A stretch of DNA of 56,533 bases, taken from IMG/VR virus record IMGVR_UViG_3300043811_000163, positions 1 to 56,533 of that record; one strand, 5' to 3'. Every line of letters starts with the position of its first letter. The stretch's first letter is position 1. Shown one piece after another: positions 19,830-27,453 of this stretch. A program made the translations under genes and the position numbers. The notes beneath the pieces are model-generated. The model saw only the letters and a list, made by a program, of their open reading frames with translations, did not search any database and was not told where the DNA came from. The stretch is from a virus.

Positions 19830-19857
19830 AACGTAGGTACGAGCCTACTTTCGCGGC
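19830..19857. promoter_or_regulatory. Back-to-back -10 boxes for the portal (left) and protease (right) genes
   Basis: TACGTT on the minus strand (19835-19830) and TACTTT on the plus strand (19846-19851) within a 37-bp intergenic gap. Confidence 0.6.
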
Positions 19858-22101
19858 ATGGCGGAAACTGTCGCTGACGCACCTCTCTCGGCCAAAGAGA
19901 CCGAGGACATGCCCGAGGCCCATTTCGCGGATCCGGAAGGAAAACGCTTCCCTCTATACGATCCGAAGACCAAGGCGCTCAGCGCGGAGCACGTCAACGC
20001 AGCGGGTTCCTACGCGGAAAAAATGCACAATTCTGGTGAGATCTCCGATGCGAAATACAAGGAGATCATCGCCAAGGTCAACAAGGCGAAAAAGACGCTG
20101 AAGATCGGCGATTTCGCGGACGACAAGAAAGACTACGACCGCACGCAAGCCGCCAATCCCGTCGAGGACGAGGCCGTTCAGAAATGGACGGCGGCCTCGA
20201 AAGACATCCACCGCGCCGACAATCCTCCGAGCTGGGTCGATGATGAAGCCACGTGGGAGAAGGCCAAGGAGGCGGTCGGCAAGGACTGGGACAAGTACGA
20301 CGATCCGTACGCGGTTGTCGTCTCGGTCTACAAGAACATGGGCGGATCGATCGGTGGCGGAGGCAAATCCGACCATGCCGATGCGGGTGAGCATTTTGGC
20401 GACACGGGGCTCGACCAACCCGGTTGGGAGCATGTCCGCCGCGTCGATTTGGCCTCGGGTTCAGTCGGCGAGTCCCGGACGACTCCGCAAGGCGGCATCA
20501 TCGCGCGCGCGAACCTCACTCGGACAGGGGTCTTCGACTACCGCCAGCCGGACGGCACGATCCGCCGAGAACTGAGACACCCCGACGAGGTCTTCGACAA
20601 GAAGAGCCTCGATTCCTTGGCTCATGCGCCGCTCACGATCGATCACCCCGACAAGGTCACGCCGCACAACTACAAGCGCGTCACGGTCGGCCATGTCGCG
20701 GGAACCCCGCATCGGGCAGGCAAATTCGTGCAGCAAGACGTGCTCGTGCAGGACGCGGATGCGATCGATGCGGCCAAGAAGGGCAAGCTGCAGGAGCTCT
20801 CGTGCGGCTACGAGTGCGCCATTGATCCCACGCCGGGCGACTACAACGGCGAGAAGTACGATGCGATCCAACGTCGCATTCGGTATAACCATGTAGCCGC
20901 GGGTCCGGCAGGCTGGGGAAGAGCCGGCCCCGAAGTGCGCATGCACCTCGACAGTGGTGCGGCCATCAGCTTGGCGCCCGATGCGGCTGCGTCGCCATCG
21001 GCCATGGCGCGCGAGGATGCCTCGCCTGGCAGTACGCACTCGGCGGCCGCGAATGCTCGAAGCGCAGAAGTCAAAGCCTTCGAAGATCATCTGCAGCCCA
21101 AATCGAAGACGGAACACAAGAAGGCGGCCGATGCCCATATGCAGGCTGCAGAAGCCCACGATTACGCGGCGATTCACGGCGATCCGTCGATGAAAGCCGA
21201 TCACGAAAAGGCCGCTGCCGATCATCGACAAAAGTCCGCAGATCACATTGCAGATTGCAATAAGCTCGACGAGGGTCACGCCGATCCCCGACCCGATCCA
21301 GGGTATGGGACTACGGCCGATAGTCGAGCGCCCTACGTTCGCGCTATGCCCGTCGAAACCGACGAAGAGAAGCGCCGCAAGGCCGAAGAGGAAGCGCGTG
21401 CAGAGAGGGTGCGGATCGACTCCGAACTCGCTCAGCTGCGCAGTGACAACGAACGACTCCGCGGCGAGAACACCGCGATGAAGTCGTCTAGCACGAGCGC
21501 CACGCTCGCCGCACAGCAGCAGATCGAAGCGCAGCGCATGGACGCCGCGTTCGACGAGATGTTCGCCGCGGTCGATGCAGGCACGCGCTACGTGAAGGAC
21601 TTCAACCGGTACCGCGCCGATGGCTCTCGCAAGAGTGTCTCGGACATCCGGCGCGAAGTCGTTGCGGCGCTCAAGCCGTCGATCCGGATCGACGCCAAGG
21701 AGACCGACGCGTTCATCGCGGGCGTCTTCTCCACGATCGTGCAGGAGAGGGAAGCAGCGGACCGAGGACGCGCCGCGATGGCGTTCGCGTCTTCGCCGCT
21801 CATCACGCCGGCCATGTCCCACGCCGACGCGGGTCGAAGAATGGGCATGAAGAAGCCCGATCGCGCCGCGGACCCGGACGACGAACCGGACGACGACGAG
21901 CCCGACGCCGAGACCAAGAAGGCGCAGGACAAGATGTTCCAGAAAATGAAGGACGCGTACAAGACCCGCGACAAGGGCGGGATGTCGCGCTTCTCGGCTC
22001 GGGATCGTCGCAAGGGAGACGGCCGCGCTCCCAATCCGACTCCTGCCTTCAACGGTGGGAATCAGGGCGACTTCAACGGCGGCTTCGGCGGAGGAATGTG
22101 A
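19858..22101 (+). CDS. Prohead protease (DUF2213-like) with N-terminal extra domains and a C-terminal scaffold
   Basis: TPQGGIIARANLTRTGVFDY, RHPDEVF, PLTIDHP, ELSCGY, NHVA...GRAGPEVR. Confidence 0.88.
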   Translation: MAETVADAPLSAKETEDMPEAHFADPEGKRFPLYDPKTKALSAEHVNAAGSYAEKMHNSGEISDAKYKEIIAKVNKAKKTLKIGDFADDKKDYDRTQAANPVEDEAVQKWTAASKDIHRADNPPSWVDDEATWEKAKEAVGKDWDKYDDPYAVVVSVYKNMGGSIGGGGKSDHADAGEHFGDTGLDQPGWEHVRRVDLASGSVGESRTTPQGGIIARANLTRTGVFDYRQPDGTIRRELRHPDEVFDKKSLDSLAHAPLTIDHPDKVTPHNYKRVTVGHVAGTPHRAGKFVQQDVLVQDADAIDAAKKGKLQELSCGYECAIDPTPGDYNGEKYDAIQRRIRYNHVAAGPAGWGRAGPEVRMHLDSGAAISLAPDAAASPSAMAREDASPGSTHSAAANARSAEVKAFEDHLQPKSKTEHKKAADAHMQAAEAHDYAAIHGDPSMKADHEKAAADHRQKSADHIADCNKLDEGHADPRPDPGYGTTADSRAPYVRAMPVETDEEKRRKAEEEARAERVRIDSELAQLRSDNERLRGENTAMKSSSTSATLAAQQQIEAQRMDAAFDEMFAAVDAGTRYVKDFNRYRADGSRKSVSDIRREVVAALKPSIRIDAKETDAFIAGVFSTIVQEREAADRGRAAMAFASSPLITPAMSHADAGRRMGMKKPDRAADPDDEPDDDEPDAETKKAQDKMFQKMKDAYKTRDKGGMSRFSARDRRKGDGRAPNPTPAFNGGNQGDFNGGFGGGM
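21346..22101 (+). CDS. Putative nested scaffolding protein (internal in-frame start)
   Basis: CCTACGTT-6nt-ATG inside the protease gene, in frame at Met497; charged coiled-coil product MPVETDEEKRRK... Confidence 0.6.
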   Translation: MPVETDEEKRRKAEEEARAERVRIDSELAQLRSDNERLRGENTAMKSSSTSATLAAQQQIEAQRMDAAFDEMFAAVDAGTRYVKDFNRYRADGSRKSVSDIRREVVAALKPSIRIDAKETDAFIAGVFSTIVQEREAADRGRAAMAFASSPLITPAMSHADAGRRMGMKKPDRAADPDDEPDDDEPDAETKKAQDKMFQKMKDAYKTRDKGGMSRFSARDRRKGDGRAPNPTPAFNGGNQGDFNGGFGGGM

Positions 22102-22109
22102 GCTAGGCC

Positions 22110-22736
22110 ATGCCCCAGACCAACGTCAACCTCACCCCGAACCCGGCGCAACCGGGCCAGCCGCTCTCGAACGATCGCACGAGCTACCTCGTTCGCTGCG
22201 TTCCTGCCGGAGTCGTCGTCCCGTTCGGCGTGCTCTGCGAGGTCTATGCGGCCTCCAACGGTCAGGCCCTGTGCCGTCCCGTGCAGGACGCGACCACGGG
22301 ATCCTCGTTTCTCCCGCTTCTCGGCGGCATCTCGATGCTCGACGCGTTCGCGGTGGAAATGGGATACACCACGTACTCGGTTCCGCCGAGCACGACGGGA
22401 TCGTCGTCTGCGGGCTACCCGATCGGCTTCTCGGTTCCGCTCGTGTACCGCGGCGGAATCTGGGGAGCCTGGGACGGCAATACTGGCACAGCGCTCCCGC
22501 TCACGGGCGGCATCCAGGTCTGGCACTCCAGTGACGGGTCGCACTCGCAGGGCGTGTTCACCACGCTCTCCGCGCAGACCACGCTGCACCAGGAGATCGA
22601 CGGACCCTTGCCGTACATCACGGTGTGGGATCCCTTCCTGAAGAGCGGCGCGTACACGGATTCCTTCGGGAACGTCGTGGACATTGTCGCTCTGCAAATC
22701 AACCTGCCGGGGCTTCTGACCCCAGGAGTCGTCTGA
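22110..22736 (+). CDS. Capsid decoration/minor head protein
   Basis: Located between protease and major capsid; VPFGV and YRGGIW motifs typical of this slot. Confidence 0.65.
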   Translation: MPQTNVNLTPNPAQPGQPLSNDRTSYLVRCVPAGVVVPFGVLCEVYAASNGQALCRPVQDATTGSSFLPLLGGISMLDAFAVEMGYTTYSVPPSTTGSSSAGYPIGFSVPLVYRGGIWGAWDGNTGTALPLTGGIQVWHSSDGSHSQGVFTTLSAQTTLHQEIDGPLPYITVWDPFLKSGAYTDSFGNVVDIVALQINLPGLLTPGVV

Positions 22737-23917
22737 TGGGTCGCGAACGCGGACAAGTGCAGCTCTCGGCGGACAACCCGTACGCGGGCATGGCCACCGC
22801 CAAGGTCTTCTCGGATCACAATCCGTTCGAGGGCTTGCCGAAGTACGACTCGCGCTTCGCTCGATCGTACGCGCGAAACATCCTGCAGACCAACGGCTAC
22901 TTCGCCGAGCTCGCGCAGGAAATGCGCCAGGACGGCTACCTGCGTCACGACGCCGGGCTGTCTCTCGCCTTCGCCCGTTCGCTCGAGTGGATCATCCGCA
23001 AACCGTACGAAGCGGAGTACCCGGAGCTCCGAGCCGCAGAATTCCTGCCGCTCATGACCGAGGTCCCGCCCGAAGCGGCCACCTTCACCTACCGCATGCT
23101 CGACAAGGTCGGGCAAGCCGCGGTGATCCAGGAAAACGGATCGGACGCGCCCAAGGTTTCGCTGAAGGGATCGGAGTGGCAGAGCCCGATCGTGACGATC
23201 GGGGCGAGCTACGACTACACGATCCTCGACACGCTGCGCGCCGGCAGGATGAACATCCCGCTCGAGGCGTACAACGCGGAAGCCGCACGATTCGCGTGCG
23301 AATACCTGCTCGAGAACATCGCGGCTGTGGGACTTCCGAACTCCGGCGTTCCCGGATTCACGAATGCCCCGGGCGTCTCCGGTTCCGCTCAGGTCTCCAC
23401 GGGCGGCAACTGGATTGCCCAGATCGCCTCGATCGCGCAGGCGTCCACGACCAACCCGACCCCGCCAGCGGTTGCCGTCACCCAGGCCATTGCGGGCGAC
23501 ATCAACGCCGCCATCAAGAAGGTCTTCGTGGCCACCAAGGGCACGCATCGACCGGACACCGTGCTCGTGGGCTACAACGCCTACGGCGCGCTCATGACGG
23601 CGCCGCGAAGCCCCGGATTCACGGGCGACACCATCCTCGACTACCTGGAGAACCTCTGCCAGGTCAATATCGAGTGCTGGCCGCAGCTCGACACGGCGGG
23701 CTCTGTGACCACGACCTACGCAGGCCAGAACTACAACGGCCGCGTCATGGTCTACAAGAAGGACCCGAAGCTCCTGAACCTCGTCGTCTGCCAGCCGTTC
23801 ACCCAGCTGCCTCCGCAGCCGATCCGGATGGCGTGGGAGGTTACCACCTACATGCGCACAGGTGGGGTGACAGTGCGCTACCCTCTGACAGTTACCTACA
23901 TCGATTCTGTGTCCTGA
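22736..23917 (+). CDS. Major capsid protein (DUF2184-like, HK97 fold)
   Basis: FARSLEWI..KPYEAEYPELRA, FTYRMLDKVG, VMVYKKDP, FTQLPPQ, RTGGVTVRYP; TGATG coupling at 22734-22738. Confidence 0.9.
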   Translation: MGRERGQVQLSADNPYAGMATAKVFSDHNPFEGLPKYDSRFARSYARNILQTNGYFAELAQEMRQDGYLRHDAGLSLAFARSLEWIIRKPYEAEYPELRAAEFLPLMTEVPPEAATFTYRMLDKVGQAAVIQENGSDAPKVSLKGSEWQSPIVTIGASYDYTILDTLRAGRMNIPLEAYNAEAARFACEYLLENIAAVGLPNSGVPGFTNAPGVSGSAQVSTGGNWIAQIASIAQASTTNPTPPAVAVTQAIAGDINAAIKKVFVATKGTHRPDTVLVGYNAYGALMTAPRSPGFTGDTILDYLENLCQVNIECWPQLDTAGSVTTTYAGQNYNGRVMVYKKDPKLLNLVVCQPFTQLPPQPIRMAWEVTTYMRTGGVTVRYPLTVTYIDSVS

Positions 23918-23944
23918 TCCGGGGCTCAAGAAGGGAGCTCCACG

Positions 23945-24349
23945 ATGGAAGAAGAACTCACGCCGCCCGCGCCGGGCAAGTCAAAGAAGGCGGAAGCTGC
24001 CAAGGCTCTTCCGCTCAAGCCTTCCGAGCGCTACGCGATCGTCAAGGACGATCCCAAGCTGCTCGACAAGCACAAGGCGCTCATCAGCCACTTCGAGAAG
24101 CTCGGGCTTCAGCCGTACGCGTGCGTGCTCTTCGCCAGTCACGTCATCGTGACCGAGGACGATGCGGCGCATTTCGGAGCCAGTCAGACGGCCAAGTGGC
24201 TCGACACGTTCTCGCGGATGTACCCGGTTCCGTACTGCGACGCGAAAAATTGCAACTTGATGGCGTTCGTGCAGAAGATGAAGCTATCCGGTCTCGATTG
24301 CGTCGAGTTTCCGGAATACCAGCAGCTGGCGGCGGCGCTCAGCGGTTGA
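23945..24349 (+). CDS. Hypothetical protein after the capsid gene
   Basis: AAGGGAG RBS, typical codon usage. Confidence 0.6.
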   Translation: MEEELTPPAPGKSKKAEAAKALPLKPSERYAIVKDDPKLLDKHKALISHFEKLGLQPYACVLFASHVIVTEDDAAHFGASQTAKWLDTFSRMYPVPYCDAKNCNLMAFVQKMKLSGLDCVEFPEYQQLAAALSG

Positions 24350-24362
24350 CCGGGGGCCAGTT

Positions 24363-24980
24363 GTGGCCCTGCTCGCCGTTCTTCAGATCGGCAACGCGCT
24401 AGCGAGTGAATCCACCGCGAGCGTGCTGACGGGCAATTCTGTCCTCTGCACGCTGACCACGTTCGACAGCGAAACGCAGCTCGAGACCAACGCGGACGCG
24501 AGCTCGACGCAGGTTCTGTGCAACTGCACCTTGAGCGCCGGCACGTACGCGGCCGGCTCGCTCATCGCCGTGGTTCCTGGTGCGTCGCCGTCGGTTCCGT
24601 ACGCCAATGTCAACCCGGTCACGAGCTCCGGGGGAGTCGTTACAGGTGTTCTCTTTCAGGCTCAGGTGCCTGGGCCCACCGCAGCGCTTGCGCCGAGCAC
24701 ACTCACCCAGGTCGCCAGCGGTACGCCCGGATTCACGGCCGTGACCAATCCGGCTGCTCAGAGTCAGCTGGGCGCGTACAGCGTGACCGCGGTTCTATTT
24801 TCACCGCTGGGTAACCAGACCGCGATGACCGTCACGAGCCCTTCTATCGGAGTGTATCAAGCGACCACGCCGCCGTTGACCATTGACGGCACGTACGCGG
24901 TCCAGTTCTCCGGAACATCGGATAGCGGTGCGTTCGATTTCGTGACGCAAGGCGCTGTCAACGCGACGGCGGGAACGTGA
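24363..24980 (+). CDS. Beta-rich virion protein containing a baseplate-J-like internal segment
   Basis: Ser/Thr/Ala-rich; internal segment aligns by eye with part of the baseplate J protein at 50647. Confidence 0.6.
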   Translation: MALLAVLQIGNALASESTASVLTGNSVLCTLTTFDSETQLETNADASSTQVLCNCTLSAGTYAAGSLIAVVPGASPSVPYANVNPVTSSGGVVTGVLFQAQVPGPTAALAPSTLTQVASGTPGFTAVTNPAAQSQLGAYSVTAVLFSPLGNQTAMTVTSPSIGVYQATTPPLTIDGTYAVQFSGTSDSGAFDFVTQGAVNATAGT

Positions 24981-24987
24981 GGTCGAA

Positions 24988-27453
24988 ATGACCGCGCCCG
25001 CGTCTGTCGTTCTCCAGTATCCGATCACGGTGCTGACAGCGCCGTTTACGATGCCCGCCGTGGGTTCGACGGTCGACGTCACAGTTGGGGCCACGCAATG
25101 GATGGTCATTGGGGCCACCATATTTGTGCAGGGCGCCGGAACGCTCCTTGTCTCGAATGTCACTGGAACCACAACAGCCATTCTCGAGAATCCGTCGCCT
25201 GCCGTGACGGGCAATGTCTCGCCTGGAACCGTCATTCCGATCGACAATTCGGTCGGAGTCGCCCCAGGCATCAATGGCCCTACAGGTCCATCGGGAATCA
25301 CGCAGACGACGCTCGAAGCTTCGTATACGCAACCCGCGCCGGGAACGCCCGTCACGATCGCCGTGGCGACTTCCGTATTGGCTGCGGCAGGCTCGTTCGT
25401 GACTGTGGCTGGAGCCGGCTCGAACAATTCTCCGGGAGGTCACTATTTCGTTCTCTCGGTACCGGACGGAACGCATCTCACGGTGTCTCCTACGAGCGAA
25501 GCGGGGAACTGCGCTCAAGGGACGCTCATCGCATCGGGTGGCGCGGTCACCTTGTCTGGTTCGTCGGGTCTCGCTCAAGACGCTTATGGAAACGCGGTCA
25601 TTCCGGCGTCAGGCTATTCCTGGCAGATTTCTCCGACCGCGTTCGGCTTCGAAATAGGCACGGATTGGGGCGCCACGGCGATTGCCGGCGATGGCCAGTG
25701 GCATACGATCGCGACGATTACGCCAGCGGTCAACGCAGATGAAATCGTCGAAATGTCCGTGCTGGTGGTGTTGCGAAATCTCGCGGAAACCCCTGGATTC
25801 TCTCGGTGGCGCTGGTTTTTTTCCGTGCAGAACCAGTCCGGCACGCTCACAGAAGCGGACGGCACGCAGCTCCCCACCTTGGTGGATATCAAGTCTGGTT
25901 CTTCATCGCCGCCGTCGGGCAATACGCAGCTCGTCGTCTCGGGCACGAATATTTTGGTCCAGGTTCAGGCTCTCTCTTCGTTTTTCGCCCGATGCGCGGT
26001 CAGTATCGATCGAGCCCAGGCTCCGGGAAATCCGGTCGTCACGGCGATCTTGCCGTCGTTCGACAGTGTGGGGGCCACCGCGGCTGTCACGATTTCGGGC
26101 GCCGTGCTGGGCCGAGTCACAGCAGCGGGTATCAAAATTGGCGGAGTCAAGTATCCGCTGACCAATTTCGTTCTGTCCGGATCGACCACGATCACGGGCA
26201 ACATCAGCGCATCGACTCCGATCGGGAAAGGTTTCGTCTACGTCACGGTCAGCTCATTCGATTTCGTCACGACGGTGCCATTCTGGTCGCTCGGATCTGC
26301 TCCCGCTGGTCTCGTGATTTCGCCCACATCTGGCAGCGACATCGGAGGAACCGCGTTGACTTTGACAGCCAGCAGCGGACTGACCGGAATCGATGCGCCT
26401 GGAGGTGGCCTGACACTCAAGGGAGCCGCAGCGACAGGCGTCACCTATATCAGCGATACCGATGCCACGGCGACGAGCGGCGTGGGTACGGCTGGACTCG
26501 GAAATGTGGTGGCCACCACGCCGGCCGGATCGGGAACGATCCTCAATGGATGGACCTATACGGCTCCCCCGGTCCCGACACTCACAAGCATCGGCCCGAA
26601 CATTGCCCGCTCCGGCGACATTATCACGCTGCACGGCAGCGGATTCACTGTATCGGCCCCCGTGGTAGACTTCAATTCGACACCCTCGCTCAGCGTGATC
26701 GTGCTCAGCGATACAAAGGCCACGGCTCTAGTCCCTTCGTTGACCGCCTCGGCAACGCCGTTCTCCGTGACTATCACCACGTTGGGCGGCACGACCAGTG
26801 GGGTCAATTTCTACTGCGCTCCGTCGAGTCTCACATACCTCTGGGTGCCTTGCCCAGATACGCTCGTCGTATCGAGCAGCAATATCAGCTCGTGGATCGA
26901 TAATTCCGGCCAGTTTGCGATGACGCAAGGAACCGGTGCGAACCAGCCGACCGAGAGCACGTCCGCATTCTCGACAGGCGCTGTTTCTGCCCACTTCAGC
27001 GGAAATCAAGAGCTCATCTATTCCACAGCCACATTGCCAGGTTTGACGGTCCCATTCACGCAAGGCATGTCGGTCAATGGACCGGCAAGCAGTTCCGGCG
27101 ACCATATCGTCATCTCGAACCCGTCCGGCACCACGTTCTTTGGCTTCTTCAATGCGGATGTCACGGCAGGATCGACGTCCGTTCTGAACGACACGAGCTG
27201 GACCGGCGGGTCTCATCTCGTCACGTGCGTGTTCGAGGCGACCGGTGCGATCTCGATCGACAACGGGACTGCGTTCACAGGCGCGCTCGGCAACAATTCC
27301 TTCACGAGTGGCGTGCAGGTCGGTTCCTACGGAGGAAACAGCCTGTTCTTCAGTGGCGATCTGGGAATGTTCTTCCTCGCCGACGGCACACTATCGACCG
27401 GTGACGCGGGAATAGTTCATGGGATCTCCCAAGCAGTTTATGGGACACCGTGA
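24988..27453 (+). CDS. Large virion decoration/fibre protein with IPT/TIG-like repeats and a C-terminal LamG-like domain
   Basis: PVVTAILPS, ISPTSGSDIGGT, PTLTSIGPN...GDIITLHGSGF; ISSWIDNSG...TQGTGANQP. Confidence 0.7.
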   Translation: MTAPASVVLQYPITVLTAPFTMPAVGSTVDVTVGATQWMVIGATIFVQGAGTLLVSNVTGTTTAILENPSPAVTGNVSPGTVIPIDNSVGVAPGINGPTGPSGITQTTLEASYTQPAPGTPVTIAVATSVLAAAGSFVTVAGAGSNNSPGGHYFVLSVPDGTHLTVSPTSEAGNCAQGTLIASGGAVTLSGSSGLAQDAYGNAVIPASGYSWQISPTAFGFEIGTDWGATAIAGDGQWHTIATITPAVNADEIVEMSVLVVLRNLAETPGFSRWRWFFSVQNQSGTLTEADGTQLPTLVDIKSGSSSPPSGNTQLVVSGTNILVQVQALSSFFARCAVSIDRAQAPGNPVVTAILPSFDSVGATAAVTISGAVLGRVTAAGIKIGGVKYPLTNFVLSGSTTITGNISASTPIGKGFVYVTVSSFDFVTTVPFWSLGSAPAGLVISPTSGSDIGGTALTLTASSGLTGIDAPGGGLTLKGAAATGVTYISDTDATATSGVGTAGLGNVVATTPAGSGTILNGWTYTAPPVPTLTSIGPNIARSGDIITLHGSGFTVSAPVVDFNSTPSLSVIVLSDTKATALVPSLTASATPFSVTITTLGGTTSGVNFYCAPSSLTYLWVPCPDTLVVSSSNISSWIDNSGQFAMTQGTGANQPTESTSAFSTGAVSAHFSGNQELIYSTATLPGLTVPFTQGMSVNGPASSSGDHIVISNPSGTTFFGFFNADVTAGSTSVLNDTSWTGGSHLVTCVFEATGAISIDNGTAFTGALGNNSFTSGVQVGSYGGNSLFFSGDLGMFFLADGTLSTGDAGIVHGISQAVYGTP

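Noticed and set aside
20461-24402. Long overlapping ORFs (453, 504 and 471 aa) across protease and capsid genes
   Set aside because: Shadow ORFs of strongly biased coding sequence
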